Source: Myxococcota bacterium
GTDB lineage: Bacteria > Myxococcota > Myxococcia > Myxococcales > Myxococcaceae
Length of the DNA stretch: 55,679 nt
NCBI GenBank assembly: GCA_049322255.1
Contig: JBMORE010000103.1
Location: forward strand, 62,001-117,679
Reading direction: 5' to 3'
The position numbers were made by a program, and so were the translations under genes. The notes under the pieces were generated by a model. That model saw only the letters and a list, made by a program, of their open reading frames with translations. It had not been told where the DNA came from and ran no database searches. Positions 19,498-29,014 of this stretch are shown one piece after another (within the stretch, counting starts at the first letter, position 1; every line of letters starts with the position of its first letter).

Positions 19498-21150
19498 TCA
19501 CTCCTCCCTGCGGTGGGCGAACGTCTCGTCGGAGACCAAATCCACGAGCAGCCGGTCGAGGCGGCGGCCATGCTCGACCCACTGGCGATCCAGCTTCTGC
19601 ACCAGGCCCAAGTCCGCCGGCTCGTCCTCGCGGCCCATCGCGAAGCGAAAAACCTGGCGCACCACGCAGCGCTGCACCACTCCCGAGGTCACGAGCAGGT
19701 CGGACAGCCCCTTCACCCCCTGGAACTTGCCTACCCCCACCACCTCGCCCTCGCCGCCGATGACACAGCTGGGCTCTTCGTCCTCGTGGGTGCGGAAACG
19801 GCCCTCGCGGTCGAAGCTCTCCAGGCCCAGACCGATGAAGTCCATGCGCGCGTGGCAGACGGCGCAGCCTGCGTTCTGGGAGATGGCGCGGTAGCGGGCC
19901 TCTTTGCACGGGCTGGAGGCGACCGCCGGCGGGCCGTCGTCGGCGTTGACGGTGGAAGGAGGCGGAGGCAAGGGCTGACAGAAGAGCCGCTCGCGCACGT
20001 ACTGGCCGCGCAAAGTGGGGCTGGAGTCGAGCGCTTTGACGCCCGCGGAGAGGAATCCCCCGTGGGAGAGGATGCCTTGGCGCTCCGACTCGCCGTAACT
20101 CACCCACTCGCCCGCGGCCGCTGCGGGCGCCGGCAGCCCATAGTGCGCGGCGAGCGTGGCGTCGACGTAAGTCGCGCTCGCGCGGAAGAGGTCGAGGTGG
20201 TCTGCCTTGTCCTCCAGCACCACCTTGCGCACCAGGGCCGCCGACTCGGCGCGGAAACGCTCGTTGAGCTCGAGCGAGTGCGGCAAGTCGTAGTAGCCCA
20301 GCCAGAAAGCGTGGAAGCGTTGCACCTGCTCGGCGGCGCGTGGTTCGGCCAGCAGTTGCTCGGCCGCGGCGCGCACCTGACCCGGGGTGTTCAGGCCCCC
20401 GGCTTGCGCGAGGTCGAGCAGCCAGTCGGGAGGCGTCGAGCCGGCGAGGAAAAAGGAGAGGCGCGAGGCGAGCTCGAAGGAGTCGAGACGGAACACCCCC
20501 GGCTCCGTCTCCACCGGAGTGCCGCGCTCGATGCGGTAGAGGAACTTGGGGGTTTGCAGCATCGCCGACACCACGAGCTTCACCGCGTAGAAGAAGTCGT
20601 TTGCCTCCACCGCGTAGGCCTGCAGCGACAGGTAGCGGTTCACTTCGGCGTCGGTGAGCGGCCGGCGCAGCGCCCGGCGCCCGAAGGAGACGATGAGCTC
20701 GCGCAGACAAGCTGCGTCCCCCGGGCCGGAGGGCGTACAGGGCAAGAGCGCGGCGCGCCGCACCGGGTCCGCCACCAGACGAGCGGCGGCCTGGGTGGCG
20801 AGCGTCTCCACCGACTCGATCAGCGTCTGCGAAGGTTGCTGCTCGCGGTAGCCGTTGTCGAAAGGGGCGCTCGCGTCGGCGGGCAAACCGGTGGTGCCCG
20901 GGCGCGAGGTATCGCCGAGCAGATCGTGCAGCACGCTGTCGTACTCGTAGCGGGTCAGCCGGCGCGCGCCGCTCACGCCCACCAGGACCGGAGCCGGCTC
21001 CTCGACGCCCGACCCGGCGGGTACCAGCGGCTCGGGGGGTTGCCCGCTTGGGTCCGACGGGGAGATCGACAACCGATAGAAGGCCAAGCCGTCGCAGCCA
21101 CCCAAGAGCGACACGCACGACAGCGCGAGCAAAGTTTTCCTGAGCACCAA
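19498..21150 (-). CDS. DUF1592/DUF1588/DUF1595-type (PSD/PSC domain) lipoprotein
   Basis: Lipobox LGGC, RRLTRYEY, RRPLT, P.FLYRIE, ELASRLSFFL...PPD, SPTLRG, CAVCH. Confidence 0.88.
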   Translation of the reverse strand: MVLRKTLLALSCVSLLGGCDGLAFYRLSISPSDPSGQPPEPLVPAGSGVEEPAPVLVGVSGARRLTRYEYDSVLHDLLGDTSRPGTTGLPADASAPFDNGYREQQPSQTLIESVETLATQAAARLVADPVRRAALLPCTPSGPGDAACLRELIVSFGRRALRRPLTDAEVNRYLSLQAYAVEANDFFYAVKLVVSAMLQTPKFLYRIERGTPVETEPGVFRLDSFELASRLSFFLAGSTPPDWLLDLAQAGGLNTPGQVRAAAEQLLAEPRAAEQVQRFHAFWLGYYDLPHSLELNERFRAESAALVRKVVLEDKADHLDLFRASATYVDATLAAHYGLPAPAAAAGEWVSYGESERQGILSHGGFLSAGVKALDSSPTLRGQYVRERLFCQPLPPPPSTVNADDGPPAVASSPCKEARYRAISQNAGCAVCHARMDFIGLGLESFDREGRFRTHEDEEPSCVIGGEGEVVGVGKFQGVKGLSDLLVTSGVVQRCVVRQVFRFAMGREDEPADLGLVQKLDRQWVEHGRRLDRLLVDLVSDETFAHRREE

Positions 21151-21188
21151 AGACCCTCCGACTCCGCATCGAGCGGCGGAGGCCGATG

Positions 21189-21204
21189 AGCAGCTTTCAT
21201 GCCT
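21189..21204 (-). promoter_or_regulatory. sigma54-type promoter of the DUF1592-DUF1552-activator operon
   Basis: Minus strand AGGCATGAAAGCTGCT with GG-N10-GC spacing, about 40 bp upstream of the start. Confidence 0.55.
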
Positions 21205-21337
21205 CGTTGCCGCGGCGCGTAAGTCAGCGAACCTCCGAGGGGGGCGAAGGTGCGCTGAGGCGCGCAGGCTTCAGGTTGGCTGCTGCGTCGAGGCAGCAGT
21301 CACACATCGTCCAGGATTCTTACAGGAAGCGCAGCGT

Positions 21338-21790
21338 GTGCTCCTGATTCGCCTCCGCGAGTGGGGCGGCATACATTCAGCGTTGGTGACAGTTGAGGCA
21401 AAGCTCGTAGAGGCGCTCGAGCCGCTTCCAGCGGTTCGCCTTGCAGTGTTGTTTGGCTCTCACGCGCGTGGCCGGGCATCACGGCACAGCGATATCGACT
21501 TGGCCGTGTTGCTTGCTCCCGATACTCCCCAGAACAGGAAGGCAACACGCCGCGCGACGCTCGCCCTGGCTCAAACCATCGACATCGTCTTCACGGCCGA
21601 CGCGCCGCCCCTTTTGCGCATGGAGATTGCTCGACACGGAAAGGTTCTCATCGAGCGGCAGCCTTTTGCCTGGGCGAATTTCAAGGCGAAAGCGATGATC
21701 GATTGGGGAGACTGGGGCCCTCACGCTCGGCGGATGTGGAAGGCGGCGATCCAACGGCTTCGGGAGGAGATGGGCCGTGGTTCAACGTGA
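21338..21790 (+). CDS. MntA-type adenylyltransferase antitoxin, pair 2
   Basis: LFGSHARGRASRHSDID (GSX10DXD) and APPLL..EI...G. The true start may be 21383 or 21386. Confidence 0.88.
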   Translation: MLLIRLREWGGIHSALVTVEAKLVEALEPLPAVRLAVLFGSHARGRASRHSDIDLAVLLAPDTPQNRKATRRATLALAQTIDIVFTADAPPLLRMEIARHGKVLIERQPFAWANFKAKAMIDWGDWGPHARRMWKAAIQRLREEMGRGST

Positions 21791-22199
21791 CGTAGCGAGC
21801 CAGAAGATCGCCCGCGCGCGCGCCTTTCTCGCCGACGCCGAGCCAGTGCTTTCTCTTCCGCGGGCCGAGTTCCTCGTCAACCGTAAAGAGCGCGACCTCG
21901 CACTGTTCTATCTGTTCCTGGCGATTCAGGAATGCATCGACCTGGCCACGCACTGGATTGCCGATGAGGGGCTGCCCCCTGCGGACGACTATGCTGCGAG
22001 CTTCGAGATTTTGGCGGAGCGAGGCCGCATCGAGCCTCTTTTGGCTCAACAGATGGCCGGTGCTGCGGGGCTGCGCAACTTGATCGCCCACGGCTATGCA
22101 GCGGTCGATCCGTCGCGAGTGCACGAAGAAGCTGCCGAGGGCATCGCTGCGATGCGCCGCTTCATGGAAGCCGTCGCCCGCGTGTCGGGCGCAGATTGA
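21777..22199 (+). CDS. HepT/DUF86 HEPN RNase toxin, pair 2
   Basis: AIQECIDLATH and GLRNLIAHGY (RX4HXY). Confidence 0.92.
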   Translation: MVQRDVASQKIARARAFLADAEPVLSLPRAEFLVNRKERDLALFYLFLAIQECIDLATHWIADEGLPPADDYAASFEILAERGRIEPLLAQQMAGAAGLRNLIAHGYAAVDPSRVHEEAAEGIAAMRRFMEAVARVSGAD

Positions 22200-22259
22200 C
22201 CAGACTACCCAGCTAGCGCTGCTTGGGGGTAGGCTCGCAAAAAAAAGCCGGGAGGGATC

Positions 22260-22835
22260 ATGGGAGCCTTGAGAGTCGGAGCCGCGCAGACCACCGCCGT
22301 GCGAAGCACCCCGAAGGTGGCGGAACGGCAGTTGATCGACGCCTTCCACGCCTTCAGCAATCTGATTTATCGTCCGCCGAACGCGACTGACGGCTGGGCC
22401 AGCAGCAGGGAGTACTTCAAGGACCCCAACGCCCGATTGATCAGCGGGATTTATGACCCCTTGCCCGCCGAGTTTGCCAAGGGGAGCGGTTTCTTCGTCG
22501 GCAACGGCTGGCAGCTCACGCAGAGCAAGCAGGGAGCTCTCCTGGGTCTCCACTACGAGGGTCGTGGCGCCGGCGAGGCCGCATGGCAGTTCGACGCACG
22601 AACCAAGGCGAGCCTGCAGGCCCTCGTCTCCGCAGCGCGGGCTGTGTATGCCTCGCTCGATCGAAGCAAACTCGAGACTTTGCCGAACCGCCACGACACG
22701 TCGCAGTCCCTCGACATCACGCCCAAGGGAAGCAAGGACAAGGTGCATCTGGCTTACACGAACGGCGCGCTGCGAATCCAAATCAATGGAGCGGACGGCC
22801 GGTACCGCGAGGCGCGGATCGAAACTCGGCGCTAG
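22260..22835 (+). CDS. Hypothetical protein
   Basis: RBS GGGAGGG before the ATG and coding-like composition. No family recognised. Confidence 0.65.
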   Translation: MGALRVGAAQTTAVRSTPKVAERQLIDAFHAFSNLIYRPPNATDGWASSREYFKDPNARLISGIYDPLPAEFAKGSGFFVGNGWQLTQSKQGALLGLHYEGRGAGEAAWQFDARTKASLQALVSAARAVYASLDRSKLETLPNRHDTSQSLDITPKGSKDKVHLAYTNGALRIQINGADGRYREARIETRR

Positions 22836-23415
22836 TCAAAGCGCGCAGGGTCCAGAAATCTTCGAAGAGGTTCAATCGCTCGACTTCGCCGAAGCCCGCC
22901 GCGCCGAGCCACTCCTCGGCCCGCTCCACTGGCAGGCGAACCTCGGGCGGGGGGCCGATCTCCGCGGTGCCACCAGGCTCCCAGTCGGACACCAACGCCC
23001 AACCGCCCGGGCGCAACAGAGCGCGAATATGCCGGAAGATCTCCACCGGTCGGTCGAGCTCGTGGAGCAGGTTCACCACCAGCACCCGGTCGGCAATCGC
23101 GGTCCCGACCGGCAGCGCATTCGCGCACGAGATCCGCTTCGTCAGCTCTCCCGCCCGTTGGGCGAGCACTTCCAGCATGCGCGGCTCCACATCGACGGCG
23201 GCGACGCTGCCCGATCCGCCCATGGCCTCGAGCTTTCGCGCCACCGGGAGCGTGAGGTAGCCGGTGCCCGCGCCGAAGTCGATCACCACGCTGGAAGGCT
23301 CCAGCGCCATTGCTTCCACCAAGCGTTCGGCCGGCTGCCGGGCGCGGCGAGGGGCGTCATCGAGCAGGTGCGCCTTCTCGAAGGGAAAGCGATGGGGATG
23401 GTGGTGATGCGCCAT
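22783..23415 (-). CDS. Class I SAM-dependent methyltransferase with His-rich N-terminus
   Basis: VIDFGAGTGY, AVDVEPRML, LLHE, LRPGG, GPP. Confidence 0.88.
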   Translation of the reverse strand: MAHHHHPHRFPFEKAHLLDDAPRRARQPAERLVEAMALEPSSVVIDFGAGTGYLTLPVARKLEAMGGSGSVAAVDVEPRMLEVLAQRAGELTKRISCANALPVGTAIADRVLVVNLLHELDRPVEIFRHIRALLRPGGWALVSDWEPGGTAEIGPPPEVRLPVERAEEWLGAAGFGEVERLNLFEDFWTLRALTSAEFRSAPRGTGRPLH

Positions 23416-23512
23416 GAAAGGGCCCTTAGTCTACCGCGCATCGTCTTCGCCGAGCGGTCCTTGGGCGCAACCGCTGCGGGCAGCCCCGCAGATGACACGG
23501 CGAAAAGGACCT

Positions 23513-23528
23513 TGGCACCGGAATCGCA
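23513..23528 (+). promoter_or_regulatory. sigma54-type promoter
   Basis: TGGCACCGGAATCGCA with GG-N10-GC spacing, ending 28 bp before ATG 23557. Confidence 0.6.
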
Positions 23529-23556
23529 CACGGCTACCCGGCAAAGGAGCCGCTCC

Positions 23557-24228
23557 ATGAAAGCTTTCTCCCTTTTCACCGCTGGGCTGGTCGCCAGCAT
23601 GACCGGCTGCACCACCCACCACGTCCGGCCCGACGACATGAGCGCCGAGGAGCACCGCTCCGAAGTGGCGGCTCACTCGCGCGCGGCCCGGGAAGCCGAG
23701 GCGAAGTACGACCCTGACGCACGAAGCGCCGAGGTGGCGCTCGACTCTCCCTTTCAAGACCCTTTCAATCACCAGCCCTTGCGTGTCTACAACCCCACCG
23801 CGCACCACCTGGCGATCGCCCAGCGCCACCTTCACTTCGCCGAGGAGCACGCCAAGGCAGCGCAGGAGCTCGAGCGGTTCGAGGAACAGTCGTGCACGGG
23901 AATCTCCTCCGAGGCCCGGGCCGGCTGCCCGTTGTTGGCCGGAGCGATCGACCGCATCGAAGAGACCCGCCGCGGCGTACGGCTGCACGTGACCAGCCCC
24001 GCGCGCGCCCGAGAGCTCTTCGCACAGATGAGCTGCCACCTCGCCTTCGCGCGCACCCGCGGATACGAGAAAGTTCCCTCCTGCCCGCTCTACTTCGCGG
24101 GAGTGACGCTCTCCCTCCAAGGCGACGCCGTCATCGAGCTTGCCGGGGCGAGCCCAGCCACCGCGGCGAGGCTGCGTCGCGAGGCTCAGGAGATGTTCTC
24201 CCCCGAGCAGCCGGTGAGCGAGCGCTGA
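23557..24228 (+). CDS. His/Cys-containing lipoprotein
   Basis: RBS AAGGAG, lipobox MTGC, PDDMSAEEH, and CPL / CHLA / CPL motifs. Confidence 0.8.
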   Translation: MKAFSLFTAGLVASMTGCTTHHVRPDDMSAEEHRSEVAAHSRAAREAEAKYDPDARSAEVALDSPFQDPFNHQPLRVYNPTAHHLAIAQRHLHFAEEHAKAAQELERFEEQSCTGISSEARAGCPLLAGAIDRIEETRRGVRLHVTSPARARELFAQMSCHLAFARTRGYEKVPSCPLYFAGVTLSLQGDAVIELAGASPATAARLRREAQEMFSPEQPVSER

Positions 24229-24257
24229 AACGCCAAGGAGCCACCCGCGCGCGGCAG

Positions 24258-25013
24258 TCAGAACAACGCGTCGTCCAGCTTTCCCTTCACGTTGCCGTCG
24301 AGCCCAGTGAAGCGCAGCGCGGGCGCTCCGTTCTTGAAAATCTCGATGACCCGGGGAAACCACTCTCCGGTTGCGGGCGAGCTGTAGTCGAGCAGGCGCA
24401 CATCCCACGCGACACCGGTCTCGTCGGTGAGGCGGATGCGTGCGGGCAAGAAGCTGTCCTTGTAGACCCAGAGCTGACCGGGGTCGTCCCTGCCTCCGAG
24501 CACGTAGGCTACCCGGCCACCGAAGCGCGCCAACGACGTCTTCTTGGTGTCGGCCTTGAGCGCACCAAGGTGTCGTTCAATCGCTGCCCGGGCATCGGCC
24601 TCGTTGGTGGAGCGCAACGCGAGCAGAGGGCACAGCTGCTCGACCGCGACCGCCAAGGCGCGAATCTCCGCTCCCTCCGAACGACGCTTGCTCGCGGCCT
24701 GCGCCGCCGCCGACTTCTTGCCCGCTTCCACCGACGCGGCTTCGAAGCGGCAGCGGCCGGGAACTTTGAGATAGACCGCCCCGTCCACGGAGACCTCGGA
24801 GCGATCGGTCGCCACGCCCAGCGCCGCGCCTGCTTCCTTGGCCGCCTCCCCAAAGAACGCCAGGCTTCCTCCCACCTTGAGCGTGGAGAGCTGCAAATCG
24901 GCACGCCGCTCCACCATGCGGCGCAAGATGGAGAAGGCGGGGAGGATGTAGGCCCACGCACCGGCGGAGGCGAGAACGACCAAGAGCACCAGCCCCCTTC
25001 GCACAGGGCTCAT
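24258..25013 (-). CDS. Hypothetical exported protein (possibly LolA-like fold)
   Basis: Signal peptide and LWVYKDSFLPAR. The start overlaps the galU stop. Confidence 0.7.
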   Translation of the reverse strand: MSPVRRGLVLLVVLASAGAWAYILPAFSILRRMVERRADLQLSTLKVGGSLAFFGEAAKEAGAALGVATDRSEVSVDGAVYLKVPGRCRFEAASVEAGKKSAAAQAASKRRSEGAEIRALAVAVEQLCPLLALRSTNEADARAAIERHLGALKADTKKTSLARFGGRVAYVLGGRDDPGQLWVYKDSFLPARIRLTDETGVAWDVRLLDYSSPATGEWFPRVIEIFKNGAPALRFTGLDGNVKGKLDDALF

Positions 25014-25891
25014 CTCGACTCCTCCGCCACCACCTCACGCAGGTAGGCGAGCAAGCCCTCGCGCAGGTCGGGCCGCTTGAGGCCAAAAGCGATGTTCGCC
25101 TTGAGGTAACCCACCTTGTCGCCGGCGTCGTAGCGCTTGCCCTCGAAGCGGTAGCCGATGAGCCCCTCGGTCTTCGTCAACGTGGCCAGCGCATCGGTGA
25201 GCTGAATCTCCCCTCCGACGCCCTTCTCCTGCTTCTCGAGAATGCGGAACACCGACGGCGGCAACACGTAGCGGCCGATCACCGCCAGGCGCGAGGGAGG
25301 ATTCTTCTTCGGCTTCTCCACGATTTGGGTGATGCGCAAAGTACGCTCGTCGATCTCTTCTCCGGCCGCGATGCCGTAGAGGTGTGTTTCTTCGGCGGGC
25401 ACCTCCATCAGCGCCACCACCCCCTTGCCATGCCGATGGTACGCGAGCGCCAGCTGGCGAATGGCGGGCACCGTGGCATCGATCACGTCGTCGCCCAAGA
25501 TGACCGCGAACGGCTGCTCGCCCACCAGCGTCTTGGCGCACAAGACCGCGTGACCCAGGCCGAGCGGCTCTTTTTGGCGCACCGAGACCAGGTTGGCCAT
25601 CTCGGAGATGGCGCGCAGCTTGCGAAACTCCTCTTCCTTGCCGCGGGCCTTCAAGACCGCCTCCAGCTCGACGGCGAGGTCGAAATGGTCCTCGATGCAG
25701 CCCTTGCCACGCCCGTTGATGAGAATGACGTCCTCGATGCCGGCGCTCACCGACTCCTCGACGATGTACTGCAGGGTGGGGGTGTCGACGATGGGGAGCA
25801 TCTCCTTGGGCACCGCCTTGGTGGCGGGCAGAAACCTCGTGCCCAAGCCGGCGGCGGGGACCACGCACTTGCGAATGAGGGGCTCGGACAT
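25010..25891 (-). CDS. galU: UTP--glucose-1-phosphate uridylyltransferase
   Basis: PAAGLGTRFLPATKAVPKEMLP, RQKEPLGLGHAV, EIQLTDA. Confidence 0.97.
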   Translation of the reverse strand: MSEPLIRKCVVPAAGLGTRFLPATKAVPKEMLPIVDTPTLQYIVEESVSAGIEDVILINGRGKGCIEDHFDLAVELEAVLKARGKEEEFRKLRAISEMANLVSVRQKEPLGLGHAVLCAKTLVGEQPFAVILGDDVIDATVPAIRQLALAYHRHGKGVVALMEVPAEETHLYGIAAGEEIDERTLRITQIVEKPKKNPPSRLAVIGRYVLPPSVFRILEKQEKGVGGEIQLTDALATLTKTEGLIGYRFEGKRYDAGDKVGYLKANIAFGLKRPDLREGLLAYLREVVAEESR

Positions 25892-25953
25892 GGGCGGGCG
25901 ACTGTAGTGATGGCCAACGGGGGCAGCAAGGCAGTTAGACTGCGCCCCCCAAC

Positions 25954-26808
25954 ATGCGAGAGCGAAGAATCATTCAGGCGCTGGTGCTGGGGGCGCTGGC
26001 GGCCGCTTCGCCGACGTCGGCGTTCGCCCAAAGCCCACCCGACCTGCGCGACCTGATGCACGCGCGCAACTTCGGCATGGGCGGCGCCTACCGTGCCCAT
26101 GGGCTGGGCGCCGAGGCCGCGTTTGGCAACCCCGCCGCGGTGGGGCTCTACCGCCGCTACCAGCTCGATTTGTCGGGCGCGTGGGACGCCACCCACAAGT
26201 TCGGCTTCGGCACCCTGGCCATCGTGGACAGTGCCACCAGCAACCTCGCCGCGGGCATCGCTTACCACTTCGCCTCGGTGGGGCGCGGCAGCGAGCACAC
26301 CAACGTCCACCTGAACACCGCCGCGTTCGCGCTGCCCTTCGGCCAAGCGCTGCACCTGGGCGTCTCGGCGCGGCACCTGTTGATGAACGGCGCCACCGAG
26401 GCGAATGCGGTGACGATGGATGCAGGGGCGCTGGTGCGGCTGGGCGGATTCGCGGTCTCCTTTTCCGGCCACAATCTCGTCGACGTCCATAACCCGCTGC
26501 TCAGCCGCTTCTACAACCTGGGCGTGGCTTACCTGGGAGGCCTGTTCACCGCCGCGCTCGATGTGCGCGCCGACTTCGGCGGGCCAAGCCCACTGCTGAG
26601 CTACGCGGGAGGGGTGGAGTACATCATCGGCGCCGGCCTCCCCTTGCGCGCGGGCTACACCACCGAACCGGCCCAGGGGCAGCAGTGGCTCTCGGCCGGT
26701 GTGGGCATCATCACCGAAGGCGGCGGGCTGGACGTGGCGTACCGGCACGAGCTGGGAGGGCTCACTGGCCGGCTGATCGCCCTGACGCTGAAGATGCAGG
26801 TGCAGTAG
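25954..26808 (+). CDS. Outer-membrane beta-barrel protein (PorV/FadL-like N-terminal motif)
   Basis: Signal peptide, AR..GMGGA, NPA, GVEY, LRAGY and alternating beta strands. Confidence 0.75.
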   Translation: MRERRIIQALVLGALAAASPTSAFAQSPPDLRDLMHARNFGMGGAYRAHGLGAEAAFGNPAAVGLYRRYQLDLSGAWDATHKFGFGTLAIVDSATSNLAAGIAYHFASVGRGSEHTNVHLNTAAFALPFGQALHLGVSARHLLMNGATEANAVTMDAGALVRLGGFAVSFSGHNLVDVHNPLLSRFYNLGVAYLGGLFTAALDVRADFGGPSPLLSYAGGVEYIIGAGLPLRAGYTTEPAQGQQWLSAGVGIITEGGGLDVAYRHELGGLTGRLIALTLKMQVQ

Positions 26809-26815
26809 CGACGCT

Positions 26816-28195
26816 TCAGGGCACGACGTAGATGGCGTTGGAGTACACCCACGGCCGGTCCGCGCGGGCCCACGCCGGCACCGGGCCCAAAAAGCCCTTG
26901 AGGTGCAGTGGCACCATGCGCACCTCGGCGCGGTAGGCTCCGGGTGCCGTCGGGGTGAAGGTGAGGCTTTTGTCCTCGGAGCTGGCCACCTCGTCCCAGC
27001 CGCCTTCGCGGGCCTTGAACAGCTTGAGGGAGAGCCGGGGCGCCTCGGCGTCGGTGTCCAAATCCTTGACGGAAGGACGCGTCACGGTGAGCGTCGCCCC
27101 CGCCGCGAGGGAGAGCTCCTCGCCCATCTCCTTCGTCAAGCCGCCCTCGCCGCCCACGAAGTCGAACCCCTCCGGCGTGCCAAAGGCGTCGAAGACACCG
27201 TAGAGACGCCCGGCTTTGAGCGCCTCTTTCAGATCGCGGTCGTCGAAGCTGCCGTCGGCCTTGGGCCGCACGAGCAGGTGGTTGGAGAAGGCCATCATCA
27301 TTCGGCGGTAGCTGTCGATGCGCTCACCATCGGCAGCGACCGAGGGGAAGGTGTTGCGATGGCAGTCGGTGCCCATGGTGGTGACCCGCTTCACTCCCCG
27401 CGCCAACACGCTGCCCCAGGTGGTGAGGTAGGCGGTGTCTTCCACGTTGAAGCCGGTGAAGAGAGCGTTGGGCTCGGGCAGCGCCTCGAACTCTTTCGCG
27501 TCCGTCTTGAGGGTGAAGTCCACCAGGATGTTGGCGTTCTTGAAGGCGTTGGCGTGCAGGTTGAACATCTCGAAGCCGTCGTAGGGCAGGTTGACGAGCT
27601 CGTCGACCGTGCGGCCCTCGGTGTGCGCCACCAGCACCACCGCTCCCGCCTCCTTGAGCTTCTGCATCGAGGCTGCCGAGCCATCGCCGTAGACGCTGCC
27701 TCGCCCCTCGACGTGACGCTCCAGGCCCACCGGCATCAGCGGCGTCGTCTCCGCGCCGGCCATCACCAGGGTGGGTGGACTGTCGGGGCAGGCGAGCCAG
27801 CTGGCGGTAGGCCCACCACCGTGGTCCAACAAAAGGTCGCCTCGCTCGCCCCGGTAGAGCAGCACATCGGGGTACTCACCGTCGACGAAGCTGTCGCGGT
27901 GGTCGGTGAGGAAGACGAAGTCGTGCTTGGTCGCGCACAGCCCACGGCGGAAGTCCTCGAAGCACACCGAGTCGTATGCGCCGTCGGCGCCGCGGGGAGA
28001 ACCGTCGCAAGCATCGTACGAGTAGACGGAGTGCGAATGGATGAGGCCCTTGCGGTCCAGCAGGCCGCGGGCGTTGGCCTCACGCGGCGCGTAGTACACG
28101 ACTCCTGGCGACCACTTGAAAGCAGGCGGAGCGGGCTTTTTCTCCCCGCAGGCGACGGCGAGAACAACGAAGCAGACGAGAGCGGTCAGACGCAT
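26816..28195 (-). CDS. PHP-like metallo-phosphoesterase lipoprotein
   Basis: Lipobox AVAC, HSHS..S.D, TDH, GTDCH and C-terminal YSNAIYV. Confidence 0.75.
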   Translation of the reverse strand: MRLTALVCFVVLAVACGEKKPAPPAFKWSPGVVYYAPREANARGLLDRKGLIHSHSVYSYDACDGSPRGADGAYDSVCFEDFRRGLCATKHDFVFLTDHRDSFVDGEYPDVLLYRGERGDLLLDHGGGPTASWLACPDSPPTLVMAGAETTPLMPVGLERHVEGRGSVYGDGSAASMQKLKEAGAVVLVAHTEGRTVDELVNLPYDGFEMFNLHANAFKNANILVDFTLKTDAKEFEALPEPNALFTGFNVEDTAYLTTWGSVLARGVKRVTTMGTDCHRNTFPSVAADGERIDSYRRMMMAFSNHLLVRPKADGSFDDRDLKEALKAGRLYGVFDAFGTPEGFDFVGGEGGLTKEMGEELSLAAGATLTVTRPSVKDLDTDAEAPRLSLKLFKAREGGWDEVASSEDKSLTFTPTAPGAYRAEVRMVPLHLKGFLGPVPAWARADRPWVYSNAIYVVP

Positions 28196-28440
28196 GGGCG
28201 GCTCCAGTGACAACCTGGAAGTGTTGGACCACACTGCCGGGTCGAGATGCAAGCGGCCTTCTGTGCCCCCTGAAAGGGGCCTGGCGCTGACTGGCATCTT
28301 GTCCGAAGGCGAAATCAAGCAAGCGCCGCGTTCGGTGAGCCACATCAACTGGGTGGCGTTCGCGCCCACACCGACCTTCGACGAGAACGCCGGGGAGCTC
28401 GTCGTCTACCTCTCGAACCACGGCCAGAGGCCGCCGAGCG

Positions 28441-28984
28441 GTGCTGCACGGCGGCGGCGGCAACGCCGAGGACACGCAGAACGCCATGGGGCTCGACGCC
28501 ATTGCCGACGCCGAGGGCTTCATCGCGGTGTACCCCAACGGCACCGGAAGGAAGGTGCTGGGAAAGCTCTTCGCCACTTGGAGCTCCGATGAGCAGTGCT
28601 GTGGCGACGCCCTGAAAGAAAACGTGGACGACGTGGCTTTCATCTCGCTCCTCATCGACACGTTGGTGAAGGAACAGCAAGTGGACCCCAAGCGGGTGTA
28701 TGCCACCGGGCTGAGCAACGGCGGAAACATGTCGCATCGGCTCGGCTGCGAGCTGGCCCAAAAGCTGGCGGCCATCGCCCCCATGGGTGCGCTGCGCGTG
28801 CTGGCCGGCTGCGCACCGTCGCGCCCGGTGCCGGTGATGATTGTCCACGGCACCGCCGACCCGTGTGCCTCTTTCCACGACGCGGCGGTGTGCGGCGGTT
28901 GCTTCTCCCAGGTGTTGGAGGAGGCGGGCCTAGGCCAGCCTGCGCGAGGTGTGGGACTTCTTCAAACGCCACGCATTGGAGTGA
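28441..28984 (+). pseudogene. Truncated, internally deleted PHB-depolymerase/LpqC-family esterase
   Basis: LHGGGGN, YPNG, DDVAFI, GLSNGG (nucleophile) and HGTADP are present. The family-typical C-terminus 'EVWDFFKRH' follows in another frame at about 28946-28984. The N-terminus and catalytic-His region are missing. Confidence 0.75.
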
Positions 28985-29014
28985 CCTTTGGCGGAAAACT
29001 GCTCGCTGAGGCCT

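Noticed and set aside
23392..23415. Engineered His tag (MAHHHHPH)
   Set aside because: An interrupted His run with mixed codons in native context and no vector sequence; natural His-rich termini are common.
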